This document shows, one piece after another, positions 12,401-24,135 of a stretch of 64,000 nucleotides of DNA (the stretch's first letter is position 1; every line of letters starts with the position of its first letter). The notes under the pieces are model-generated. The model ran no database searches. It had not been told where the DNA came from and saw only the letters and a list, made by a program, of their open reading frames with translations. The DNA is from Haliotis rufescens. Its lineage: Eukaryota. The translations under genes and the position numbers were made by a program. The stretch covers positions 16,554,001 to 16,618,000 of the forward strand of contig NW_025963813.1 of NCBI RefSeq assembly GCF_023055435.1, given 5' to 3'.

Positions 12401-14752
12401 CTTCAACAGTAACAGCACAGACAAAGTCTGATAACAGGTTTGCACTTTTACCAAATGATAGCATTATATGACAACATTCCGTAAATCATTCTTGACCTCA
12501 TACATGTGCACATTTAACACAGGTTATTGTTTGCCATGGATTGTTTCCAACATATCTTCCCACAAAGAAGGCTCAACATCGTAATAGTCAGAGGACAGTG
12601 AGATTTTGGAAGGCTCTGGTACCAAGCTAACTATGTCCTCAAAATGGTACCAGCATTTGTCTTTAGGTTTGCGTGGCCAGAAGAAACGATTTGCATTCCT
12701 GTACTTTCCCACTTTATGAATACATTCCACAAAAACTGCACCTAGCTTTATATCTTCAACATAACCAGGATATGATATGTTATACACAATGTCAACATAT
12801 TTCCCCAGGCATTCATTTGTATCAACTGGCTGGTGTATTTCCTTTTGTCTTACTCATACACTCCATTCTGTTAGCACACAAACCTCCACTTCTCTCTTTC
12901 CCCCACGCATAGACACGGTGTTTGAAGTGATCATGTGACATTACTTTCCTTTAGAGTTGCTAAATATGTTACTTTTCTTAATTATGTACAACAGTAGGAC
13001 GAGCAAAATGAATAATTGTTCATTATTTGTGTCAACATGATAAAAGAAATCCTAAAATGTCTTTGCTGTCACTGAAATGTGCCTGTGCTGTCACTATTAA
13101 AAGTCTGTGCTGTTACCAAAGATCTACTGTGCAGTGTAATCAGTGTTTATTGACCCAAATGTTAATAGAATATTCAATTTTCCTGTAAGTAACAAAAGCC
13201 TAAGGGATAGTTTTGTTCAATGGTTCAGTGTCTATAAAACTCTTTCTCAAAATCTCTATTAAACACTAAATGTTTGTGCTGTTACTGTTAAGTGTCTGTG
13301 CTGTCACTGTCACTCATAGACACGGTGTTTGAAATGATCATGCAACATTACTTTCATTTAAAGTTGCTAAATATATTACATTTCTTAATCATGTACAACA
13401 GTAGGACGAGTAAAATGAATAATTGTTCATTATTTGTGTCAACATGATACAATAGTCTGTGCTGTTACCAAAGATCTACTGTGCAGTATAATCAGTGTTT
13501 ATTGACCCAAATGTTAATAATATTCAGATTTTCATGCAACAAGCAATCATACAAAATAAATAACCATTCATGCTTTCTTTGTCTTTTAATATATATGTGT
13601 TGAAACATTTATTGAACACTGTGTGTCTGTGCTGTCGCCCAAATATCTCACTGTCCTGTCATTTTTTTTAAAAAAGCTACAAAAAGCACACTGCTTGAGT
13701 TCCATTCTGACACTCAAATATACTCATTATATTTGATTTTTTAAATAACAATTTCGAAATACAAAATTCATGGTGACAGCACAGACACCTACGAAAAGTA
13801 CACATCAAAAGACAAGACTTACCAGTTATTTTCAAGACACTTCACCACTGTAAAATGCTTGAGCATATGGTTACATGATAGTACTGGAAAGGAAGCGACC
13901 TGCAAAGACCCTAGCCTTCTGGGATACCACAGGTGCAATTATTATTTGTATTTGTACTATTTGGTGACAGGACAGACACTATAACTCTGGACAAGATTAC
14001 TGTTGCCAAAAATAATAAATCCAAGTGGAAAACCAACAGGTTTTCTGGTGTTATTAGCCTTTCATGATGTCATGCTACATAAATCACCAGGGCTTTGGGA
14101 AGTATTTGTTCCCAGAGACTTTAGACAATTTGTGAAAGTTTGATTTTGTATTTGTTGACATCAAATTTCTGCACAATATTGCACATTTAACGTATTTGTA
14201 CTGGCTAACATAAGGTTATAGCAGTAATTTAATCAGAATATTGCATATATCTGATAGATATTTTCATTGCCAAGTAATCTGAAAACAGAAATATGAGTTG
14301 TTTTCAAGAAAATTCATTTGTACAGGAAATGTTACTTTTTTAGAGAATGACCCATATATTGGCACGGCCTTTTAAGATACACCAACTAAATCGATCAATT
14401 CACGCTTAAGTTTACTACCGATTTGGATTTCTTTTGATATTTGGTGATCAAGCATCAAACGTGTCATTTTCAAATTGCATGACATGGTATGAGGAAATAA
14501 ATAAAACAAGACCCGTGTAGATGATATTCACTCTTACATATACACTTGATCATCATGAGATGGTTAAATGCCCCAACTTCAACATATTGCATTTTTTGGA
14601 ACCAAAGGCCTTTTTTATAGAACGGACTATGTCTCCAGGAATATCAAATGGCCAATCCCTTATGGCGCACACTTACGGTTCGAGTGTTCTGCATCATCGG
14701 GCAGTGGATGCTTGTTCTGTGATGCATTGGGTAAGCTGATCTTCCCCTCCAT
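1192..14752 (-). CDS. SLC17 family (sialin-like) MFS anion transporter, 11 coding exons, ~514 aa
   Basis: Hand-spliced minus-strand exons, all phase-compatible with no internal stop: 14752-14677 (MEGKISLPNASQNKHPLPDDAEHSN), 8987-8821 (CCSQRLIVVLMVFLGGVMVETNRSNLSMAIVCMVN), 8456-8223 (EFYWSKGEQSGILSAYYYGYMVTQIPSGILAAKYGGK...LRVILGLAM), 7069-6982 (GVFNPTIQSMIGRWAPPLERT), 6560-6465 (GFDNGWGSIFYVPG), 5538-5414 (PAQHPRISKRERNYI), 4895-4746 (TPWAAILVSP), 4086-3954 (NGLLSAVP), 3270-3120, 2311-2221 (RYAGILFGISNT), 1425-1192 (TQEEWRNVFY...ELQPWA, TAA). WAPPLER, HPRIS..E..YI and YAG..FGISNT are SLC17/ACS signatures. The choice of first exon is inferred. Confidence 0.92.
1636..1806 (+). mobile_element. 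tRNA-derived SINE family A (~165 bp, (ACTC)n tail)
   Basis: A box TAGCCT.GTGGTTAA, B box GGTTCGATTCCC, tail GCGTAAAACCA-(ACTC)n. Other copies: ~3590-3683, 3815-3950, 17317-17410(-), 20949-21084, 29199-29275, 36096-36260(-), 49564-49722, 54627-54790(-), 59860-59963. Confidence 0.9.
2570..2725 (+). mobile_element. L2/CR1-like LINE 3' end remnant
   Basis: Degenerate PPQLRKSP..LLFKARLK C-terminus followed by a GAGCGCTT...CGCGATAGAAGT tail. Confidence 0.4.
2770..3008 (-). mobile_element. 5'-truncated R4/Dong-like (REL-endonuclease) non-LTR retrotransposon fragment
   Basis: GALG...IQKAAVLGSLHILRKVLG is a typical R4/Dong C-terminus; the fragment abuts a (TAA)n/(TAG)n tract at 3009-3050. Confidence 0.65.
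5930..6352 (+). mobile_element. Degenerate mariner transposase remnant (intronic)
   Basis: EYRAVIKFL and LSHGYIETIIHEHLQMNKISACWV motifs with stops and frameshifts, homologous to the 40141 transposase. Confidence 0.7.
7499..7789 (+). mobile_element. SINE family B
   Basis: Full-length match to 28739-29013. Confidence 0.88.
9252..9335 (-). pseudogene. Duplicate SLC17 first coding exon with start codon mutated ATG>ATA
   Basis: 76-nt coding part (9327-9252) aligns without gaps to 14752-14677 and keeps a GT donor, but reads ATA GAG GGG AAG instead of ATG GAG GGG AAG. Confidence 0.8.
9800..14353 (-). mobile_element. Non-autonomous DNA transposon, Sola2-like (4.55 kb)
   Basis: TIR GGGTCATTCTCTAAAAAAGTAACATTT at both ends and 4-bp ATAT TSD (9796-9799, 14354-14357). 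The remnant ORF 12524-12787 (YPG.V......V..IHKVG....RFFWP...DKCWY.FEDIV..VPEP) resembles the C-terminal domain of Sola2-type transposases, recognised from memory. GRG termini with a 4-bp AT-rich TSD fit Sola2. Confidence 0.75.
11490..11637. mobile_element. ~150-bp terminal palindrome of a Crypton-like non-autonomous element nested in the Sola element
   Basis: Near-perfect inverted repeat centred on CTCGCTTTCGCTCG, ending ...GTAATCTCTA. The classification is inference. Confidence 0.55.
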
Positions 14753-15759
14753 GACGTCTCCTGACAGCACTTTGTAAATTAATAAACTGTGGTACTCACA
14801 GGTGCTTACATCCTGAGCTCTTTTCTGCGAAACGTTTGCGATGCAAAATGATACGATACGGTAGGTAATCAAAATACAGCAGTTATTAGGCAAATGTACC
14901 AAGTGTATTTCATAATGGTACCACGTTACGGAAACGTATTGCCGTGATTCTCCAGACATGCCGCGGTAATTCCCCCAAAGTTTTGCGGAGATGCCGCAGT
15001 GGAGAGGTGAGTAATTGTGAGAAGTACTGTAGTCATGAACTTTTGTGCTGACTTATAAATACATTTTATTTAATTTCTGAACAATAACACTGTGTGTTAT
15101 GTGTGTTCACAGCTTGTTAAATAAAGTTTAACTAAACGGAGAAAAAACAATTAAGTTTATCCAAGCCATTCATATTGCTTTGGATATTTGGTGAACAATT
15201 TTATTTATCAATCGTGTCATTTTCAAATTGCATGATATAGCACAACGAATAAATAAAACAAACAAACCTGAATGTTCTTTCTGTCCGCGCCCGCAAGCCT
15301 CACATCAACACTGTATTCTAAATAATCTCGGAATGATCTCAGTCAACCATTATTGTATTGTATGTATCCTTAATGGTTTGAGCGACGTCTTGTGATCAGA
15401 GGTGGTCCGTTTATAAGGCTATATTCCAACCTCGAGTTGCATTGCGAATACGTGGTGTTCTGATGTATGTCTGCGTCATTGATACTGACCTCGTTACTAA
15501 CAGTATGCCAGAGCATGCTCTGCGTGAGTCACTGCGCCCTTGGGAGATCTATTTACAGGCAGGTTCATCCTGTTTCAGCAACAGTTCGTTTGGCTCCAAA
15601 TGAGAACGATGAATTGCAAAATAACTCAAAATCGGGAATAGTCAATTAAATATCAATACGGTACACGGCAATGAATACCCTGTAGCTAACAGTATCTGCT
15701 GTCTGTTATTTTTTATCCCTTCACTGGAAAGAACTGTTTTCGAAACTATCATGCTGGCG

Positions 15760-16140
15760 ATTAGGTGCCTCAGTCTGGCAGTGTGGGTTCGAATACCTGA
15801 TGGGACCCAAACAAGTACTAGAATCTGTACTTTCCTAATAAAATGTTATCCCCAATATAACATTTGTTACATTTGACCACTTTCAAAATTGCATTGTGTG
15901 TTCATAGCTTTTGGCCATGGGAGCCGTGCCACTTGTCAGCGGGGTACACAAAGAACGTGATCTAGACTTTCAGTGGCTGAGTGGGTTAGGTCGCTTACTC
16001 TGTGTGGTGACGATTAGGCCTCACTCCCGAATGGGATACAACCCAAAAACGTACTAGAATCTGTTCTTTACTGAGAAAGTGTTATCCGAAATATAACATT
16101 TGTTACATTTGACCACTTTCAAAATGGCATTGTGTGTTCT
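15760..16140 (+). repeat. Unclassified repeat with B-box-like motif, two tandem copies; related copy at 4448-4583
   Basis: GTACTAGAATCTGT.CTTT...GTTATCC..AATATAACATTTGTTACATTTGACCACTTTCAAAAT.GCATTGTGTGTT occurs at 15815-15902 and 16052-16138. Confidence 0.7.
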
Positions 16141-17316
16141 TAAATATCATGTTGTTATGTGTACAAGTTGACATCTTGACCCGTAGTTCACTTTGCCTGT
16201 GTGAAACTGTATTTTGTTTTGTTAAATATCTCATCTCATATTCATCACAAAAATGTTATACATTGATACAAATCCTAAAATATCCTTATGAAACTAAAAT
16301 TGACACAAAGGTGCACCACTATGAAATAACATTGTCGTGTTCACGCTGAAAAAGCACCAGTATTCGACTCGTCTCTATCGCGCTAAATGACATCGAAAGT
16401 AAAGACAAATATATTGAACTTATTTTTGAGTGTTGTATGTAAATACTTTAACGATTATGTCCCGGAAGCCATGTGTTACAGGATGTAAGTTAGATGACAG
16501 GAAAAGTCAGTGATATTAAATAGATATATATTCACCTATGGGCGACAGTGGAGTAGTTTGCGAGATCGACAAGGCAGGTAACTGGGTATGATGAGTGATG
16601 CTTACATGAAAGCTGGTTCCATAGCCACGAATTGTGCATACAGCCTAACAAGCTATTTGAAGTTTCCATATAGTGCCCTCTCCAGTCTACGGTACTAGAA
16701 TATGACAGAATTTTCTGCACGAGTCCACGGCCTTACGAAATTTACACTATACAATCAATTTACAATCTATATATAATAAGTTCCTGACGACTGGTCACTG
16801 CCCAAACACAATGCAACGAGCGTCTACCGAATCTCAACAGAAACACAGCTACAATCACTGTTAAATAATAGAATACACTGACATATAACACTTTGAAAGT
16901 TGGATAGTAATCTCCACTTAATGATTGGCAAATTTGCCACTGGGCCACCTTATGGTCTAACTGGTTAGTAAAGTGCTCAAAGATGTTGGTGTTTGCGTGA
17001 ACAGTGACATTCTCTTACTAAGTTAGTAAACTTTACTATTTCTGTCAGCGCAGCTTCTCTATGGTTTGTTCGTTGAAAACAAGATTCAACGATTTACTTT
17101 TTTTTATTAGGTATTGTCAACTTCAAGTTACATCTCACTTCCGGTAAGGCACTGATGCGAATAACAGACAAAGTGTCTGGTATAGGTAGATCAAGAGCAA
17201 GTAAGGATATAAACATGCAAAATACAACAACTGTGACAAATTTGGACGAGTATGTGACCAGATCGTTGGTTAAAAAAACATCGACGAAAACAGGTGGAGC
17301 CGATTACGATCGTTGA

Positions 17317-17410
17317 GTGAGTGAGTGAGTGAGTATGGTTTTACGCCGCTTTTAGCAATATTCCAGCAACATCACGGCGGGGGACACCAGAAATGGGCTT
17401 CACACATTGT
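17317..17410 (-). mobile_element. 5'-truncated SINE family A with 14-bp TSD
   Basis: TSD ATTACGATCGTTGA at 17303-17316 and 17411-17424. Confidence 0.9.
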
Positions 17411-17429
17411 ATTACGATCGTTGATGTGA

Positions 17430-19080
17430 ACGACATGAAACAACTTTTCGCTCAGGCTTTAAGACAGCATACGTCCGAGATCACGACTAAGATTGATGAA
17501 ACTAAAACTGAAATATCTCAAAGATTCGCACCACCCTGGATGAGACTTTAACTCTGCAGAATTTCAAACGAACCGGAATGAAATTGACAAGCTTCGTGAT
17601 TAATTTCTACTATAAAACTAAATTTGAATGCAGATGTCTGCAAAAGAAATGTACCAAAGGAATTCAAAAATCTCCTCATCTACGGAATTCCAGCTGGAGA
17701 CGGCTTGAAGGAGCTCATTTACACAACTCGGGGACCCCGAACATCCATAGACTACCCCATCTTGGGAACTGGGAACGCACTAAAAACGCCCCGGAGCCGG
17801 AGTTTCTACTGAAGCAGGATCGACACAACGTATTCCAGACAAGCTTCAGAAAAGGTAGATCTCTGCGTGGGATAAAGATCTCAATCCGATCGGACTTGCC
17901 AGTTCCCCTCAAGAAAGACGATCACACCAAGCAGCCAAGACGCCCGAACTGCGTCAGACACACAAGGTTCAATCTCGGATAATGGAGAGAGGTTTGGATA
18001 TTTCACTTGAGTATGGACGATCCTCAAACCCTGTGTGGAAACTGATTGAACTGGAAGATTTGATCGACGATTCGATAGTCTCATGACTGAACTGTCACAG
18101 GACCTGACTTGTTCGCCGTGCCGATGGTGTGCGCCTATTCCAGATACATCACAGTCTCCCGAGTAGAAACGACTCTAGATTATTCCCTGAAGTGATCCAC
18201 TTAAGGGAACGACACTAATGACACTATATATCTTAGTTTATTCGTAACCGTCTCTTCAGATGGATGGAAGGGTATTTCTCACCAATTGTTTATGTCTCCA
18301 TGTTTTGTTATAATCTATCACCAAACTTAAAATTCCATTGCATTAGTTTCCAATCTAAATGTCAATGTCAATACATTAGTCAAAATATCAATGACAATGG
18401 AAAAAGAGAGTGTCAGCAAATTGCAGATCGGGGGTTGTTGAAAAAAATAAACGCAAAGAAAGAATGAACATATGGAGAGAGAAAATGTTCAGTTATTTGC
18501 CTTCAAGATATCCACATTTCGAGCCAAGACGTTAATTTAATTAAAAAAATGAATGGAAAAGTGAAAACATAAATAACCCAAAGGCAAGAAAATTAATATT
18601 AGATAAAACAGAAACTTTTGACCTGATAGATGGTTGGAGGGACTGGATGCTATTTTCCTTGAAACCTTTCTCGAAACCTCGAGGTAAAACCGTTTTATTT
18701 GCTTCTTTTCTCAAGAAGGATAGTGACAAAAAGACTGAGTAATTATCAAAAGAGATTATTCTGATTTGGAAGAAATAATTAGAAACGACTTTCAAAAGAT
18801 TAGCAAATCTTTACTTTCAGTATTATCAACATATAAGTTGCAGCTAGAACACACTCATGAAATAGAAGTTAGGATAAGGTGGTATGAGGAAGGGGGAAAA
18901 CCAACCAATTATTTTTTTGTCATTTAGAAAACAGGAATTATACCAGTAAACTTATAAACAACATTATTAAAGATAAAGGATATGAAATATGTGATTGTAA
19001 AACTATCCTAAACGAATTAAAAGATTTCAATAGTAAGCTGTACGAAAACTCAGATACAATAGACTCAGAAAATACCTGTG
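17430..19080 (+). mobile_element. Degenerate LINE remnants (ORF1-like and L1/Tx1 ORF2-like)
   Basis: NLLIYGIP and ISIRSDLP (ORF1-like, 17650-17920); RIRWYEEGGKPTNYFF..LENRNYTSKLI...ICDCKTILNELKDF..KLY (Tx1/L1 ORF2 linker, 18870-19045). Many stops. Confidence 0.7.
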
Positions 19081-20520
19081 ATTTCCATAACATATTTTTA
19101 CATGGCAGTATATTTTATTGTTTAGCAATGATTGTAGCTGTGTTGCTTTGTTTCTGCTGGGATTCGGTAGACGTTCATTGAATTGTTTTTGGACAAGGGC
19201 AAGTCGTTAGGAAGTTACTATATTTAGATGGCGTGTAAACCTCCGGTCGCCTGTTGGGCCATGCAGAAAAATCTGTTATGTTCTCGTACTGCTAGACTGG
19301 TGAGTATGGTCGGCCACTCGGTCAAAAAATACAAAGTTGAAAAAAAGGACAGAAGTACGCAATTAAGGTCAAATATTATGAATAAAGAACTAAATGTTAC
19401 CACTAAAGGTCAAAATACAAAACAAACAGACGCCGGTTAAACATACAACGTTGAAATAAGTTGTCAAAAGTACGCAATATTAATAGTCAAATGTTACTAA
19501 AAGACGTCATATGAAAAGAAAGAACAATGTGTACGAAAGAACGTCCGTGAGCACGAAAGGACGTTTTCAATAAAGAACGCCAGTGAACACAAAGGACGTT
19601 GACAATAAAGAACGCCAGATGGCGCTGCAATTTGTAAATCATTCCGAGTTTGATCGGCTTGTTCCTCGAGGTGCCCATTAATGTATTACGTCATTCCTCT
19701 TGCACTCACCGTCTGACGTCACTCATATATATATACATGTATATATAATGTATAATGTACCAGCTTACATGTGATGATCGCTCATCGTCCCTCATTCCCT
19801 GCCTGGCTCATCTTGACGACTGTCGCCGCTGAGTGAAAATATATTATTACCACTGACGTTTGCTATCACCACAGTATTTTTGCATTTAAAACTGACCACT
19901 GCAGTAATTTGTGTTGATTTGTTAACACAGTTAATTTTGTAATACATTTGTTGATTGTTTCGACTTGTTGGTTATTTGTTGGTTCAACACATGGTTTCAA
20001 TTTGGGAATCGACATAATACTGACATAAAACTTTGTGTCTCCATCATCAAGCAGCAAAAGTTATCCTTTGAGACATTTTTAAAGGTTGTCACCGACATTA
20101 GTAAAACAGAAAAAATATATTGCTTATAACAATAACACTCAATAATCCAAATTTGATTGTTTTTATGTCTTCAAGTCAGGTACCTGACTCCATTGATCGA
20201 TTGAGGCACTAATCAAATATAATGTAATTTCAATTTTGAATGTTATACATTGTACATTTGTTTTACCCACGCATCCACTGTTAAAGAATGATGCATCCCC
20301 CCATGTACAATTCAATTAATATTACATACTGTTATGTCCTTCCTTAATATATTATCTATATTCTGTTGAAATGGAATAAAAACTGTTGAAACAAAATTAG
20401 GTTACATCTCAAAACATTTCCGATGAGCTATTATTGATTAATGTTGTAGAAAGGGTCTAACTGTGGATGAAGAATGTCCTGGAATATCCTGTTATGTCCA
20501 AACCAGAGCTGATTGGACCA

Positions 20521-21542
20521 TCATGTATAGATGGGTTGACATGAATGTATTGTTCTGTTCAGGCCTCCGTTGACAACAGCATCATTGGTCAACCCCCCAG
20601 GTACATCCTGCCCCTCCCCCACGTCCACCGTCGCCTGTTCCACGGCCCAGGGCTGCAGCTCCCCCCGGGCCTGGGTGCCAAACACCAGAGTTCCAAGGAT
20701 ACAGAATCCCCCACAGACGTAGAACACGTTCCGCCATTCTTCCTGAGTTTTCTATAAAGGGAGAAAGTCGATGGATCTGTTTTTACGTCATATGGCAGTG
20801 TCACACCATATCCGTGCTCACGGCTTCAACAAAGTGGTTAACGTTTAAAATCTACAACTTTCCACCCACGTCAAGCTGATGTTGCTGAAATACTGCTGGG
20901 TCGAGCCGTGCACGCGAACGTTGAGCTCGTGAAATCCCACATCTTACAAGGGGCGGTAGGGTAGCCTTGTGGTTAAAGCGTTTGCTCGTCACGCCAAAAA
21001 TCCGGGTACAATGTGTGAAGCCCATATCTGGTGTCCCCCGCCGTGATATTGCTAAAAGTGGCGTGAAACCATATTCACTCACTCACAGGTTACAAATAAC
21101 TTATTTTAGGTGGTATATTTGTGTACTGCTTGAGCAATAAACCGGCCGCCATCGAACTTTCAGTATGGTAGCTCGAATGTCGAACAGTGCCAAATTCTGA
21201 CGTCATGGCATCCACACTGGTCGGCCATGCGATTTGTGCACTGTTTAATTAAAAAACGGCGACTGTCGTGGTCAGTCAGATAGATAGATTATTAAACTTT
21301 AAATAATATCAAATTTCCGATTTAATGTACAAGATATGAAAATAACTTAAATAACGTCCACTCGGATAAAGTTTCACCGTGATGCTCACACTAAGGTAAC
21401 AGAAAAATAATGTGCAAAACTGCGTAAAACCCAACTCACTCACACACTTACATTCGGTGTTAGGATGCCGGCAAGGAGAGGTGCTAACATCCCTGGTGTT
21501 GTTGCAACAGTGTTAGAAATACCGAACAATATTCCAGCGTAT
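20521..21542 (-). pseudogene. SLC17 paralog remnant retaining only the last two exons
   Basis: Exons 21542-21452 and 20751-20521 match 2311-2221 and 1425-1192. The acceptor of the first is mutated AG>AC and there is a frameshift near the C-terminus. At ~21628 the intron joins directly to sequence homologous to the region upstream of exon 1 (9475 onward), so exons 1-9 are deleted. Confidence 0.88.
20949..21084 (+). mobile_element. SINE family A at the paralogous intron position of the 1636 copy
   Basis: Same flank (ttacaa|ggggcgg) as the 1636 copy, so the insertion predates the SLC17 duplication. Confidence 0.85.
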
Positions 21543-22036
21543 GTGAAACGAAAAATCGTTGTTTTCAATTTTAATCCATCCTTTCTTTAACGAAGAATTA
21601 TTATTTTACGGATAGATATGGAAAAGATTGGCACGATATTATTTATGCAAATGTAATGTGGTTATTTCACAATCATGCCTCGGAAATTCAGCCAAAATTT
21701 TGCGGTAGTACCGCCGTAAAGAGTTGAGCAGCGGTGTAAGTTAGGCCATGGATTTTTGTGATTTTAAACTGTTTTATTTTTTGTGTGAACAATATAAATA
21801 CAAGTTCTGTGTGAAAGAGTGCACCAACATTTGTATGCATAGCCAATATCCTTCCACGAAATAATATATTTAATTTTCTCAAGCATTCGTATTGATTTGG
21901 TTATTTGGAAAACAATTTAATTTATCAAAATATCATTTTCAAATTGCATGACATATCATAACGAATAGATAAAACAAATATACCTGAATGTTCTCAATCT
22001 TCAGTGTTCTCCGTAAGCCTCAATCAACCATCATAG

Positions 22037-23167
22037 TAAGGGTGAAACGATACCCCGATATTCCGATGCATCGCGATACTTGACCCACGATACGATACAC
22101 GATAAACGTGGGCCCATTTATCGATACGCCACGATACGGAACGCAAATCTCAAGTACAGCGTTTCCTTGGTATTGTGCCTTTCAATAAACCGCTAACTTG
22201 GTTATAGCGCGCTAACGCAAGGCTCCCAAAAACGTACTTACATTTTTAATAAGCTCAGGTTTTACACCGACAGATGTTTTTCCCCATCTCATAAAACATT
22301 ATCAGCTGATCACCGCAAGCACATAACACCGAAAATACAAGTCAGCAAATCCGAACTGAAGTACGCAATTCAATACCATTATTATACTATCATGTTATTA
22401 AAACGTGTTCATTGTATATCTGGTCTTGTGTTTGTAATATATTTTATTAATTTTATTCAAAATTTCATTTAATATTGTTTTTAATTAAATTATGTGAAAT
22501 CGTGTGTGAAGAGATACAGCAACCACGGTCATATTACCCCTTTTGACGCATTGAAACGAACTTTAGTTGCTAGAGAATGGATACATATATTAAAAATGCC
22601 ATACTTTGACTCTTTAACAGTCATATTTGTGGCAATTTGGCTAATATATGTCAACATAACGTTATCGCAATCGAAATACATGTAGCACGGGAAGTCCCTA
22701 GGGTGACTGGTCAAATTGTTCCATACGTAAAAATATCCTGCAACAGCAATCACCAGTACCAAAATGCTACACTTGTGGTTCTTATAATTATAAATATATA
22801 ATTGTATAGTAAAATCTGCAACTAAGGTATCACGATATTGGAATAAATTATTCCTGATAAAACAATAATTTCAGATACAATTTATTCGACCATTGCATCA
22901 AAATTCTTTGAAGTTGTATCACTGGTGGAGTACATGAATTATTTTCTGGTGTTTGAACTTTGAATTGTTTTGAGGTAAAGTTGAACAACTTCAGTAGTCT
23001 TGTTATTATGAAATAATTTTGACTGTTCCAAAATCATGAAAGTTTCAATCTTGACATGCTTTAAGTCTTGTTTTTTTTATCATTGCGTATCGAGATACGT
23101 ATCGTATCGTGACCAGAATATCGAAATGTGTATCGTATCGTGACCTTCCTGTATCGTTGCAGCCCTA
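22037..23167. mobile_element. hAT-type MITE, 1131 bp
   Basis: 17-bp imperfect TIR (TAAGGGTGAAACGATAC / GTATCGTTGCAGCCCTA), 8-bp TSD CATCATAG (22029-22036, 23168-23175), subterminal CGATAC repeats, and an empty paralogous site at ~15343-15370. Confidence 0.9.
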
Positions 23168-23934
23168 CATCATAGTATGGTATGTGTCCTTGGTGGTTTT
23201 GGCGACAACGAATTGCGATCAGAGATGGTCCGTCTGTAAGCCTTTGTTGCAACCTCGAGTTGTACCGAGGTGCAGTCCTGTTGTATCACGATGTCAATGT
23301 TTCTGACCCAGTTATTATGCCGGAGCATGCTCTGCATGAGTCGCAACATCTTTAGAAGAATTATTCAGAGACAGGTTCGCCATGTTGCAGCCGCATGCTG
23401 TCAGTGCGGTCACTTGGACATTCAAAATTGGCTTCTACAGGATATATTGCTTGGGTGATATCAATAATCCTGTGCTACAATCCTTTGCAGACCACTGTGT
23501 CGTCACAGGTTGCCATGGCGTCTCAATTAAAGGACATCACTGACATATCTGCCATTGAAGCTGAAGCTGGTGTATTTGTGACAAAAATGATATAGAATGA
23601 AATTCCCTATTTTCACTTAACCATATGTTCCCGTGTTTTTCTGGTGAATGATTGACTACCCTTTGCATGCGTTTGTGACAGGTGCCACCTGTGGGGCAGA
23701 ATACACTCACCTTCACGAACATCTGGCATTATGATTATTTGATCGTGATTCATAAAAACCTGCTCATGATATTAATCAACTCTGTTTTTTGCAGAGAGTT
23801 TCAATGAATGTGGAAAGGATTTTGTCGCTTTAATTTACACTCAAGACAGTGATTATTAGTTTTTGCAAACTGAAAAACTTGGAAGAATGTGTTCAGATAA
23901 TGCTAAACAATCATCATCGTTTAACAATCTTCTA

Positions 23935-24135
23935 ATCCTAAACATATCAAGCCTCGCCCCATCCAGACACAGTGTACTTACTCCGAGCCGACGTGTCCTT
24001 GTTTTATCCGAGCGCACGGCAGAGTAATAACAAACTCCATGTTTAAAGATGTTTAGGTATGATGCGGCGGGAATCGAATTAGCCACCTTCCATTCTCCGG
24101 ACACGCGCTTTATACACTAGATCACAGAGGCGGGC
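23935..24135 (-). mobile_element. Degenerate tRNA-derived SINE
   Basis: Minus-strand A box (TAGTGTATAAAGCG) and B-box-like AATTCGATTCCC, with a tail resembling GTTAAACG. Confidence 0.5.

Noticed and set aside
19682-19872. Short TG...CA block resembling a solo LTR
   Set aside because: No target-site duplication and no second copy in the window.
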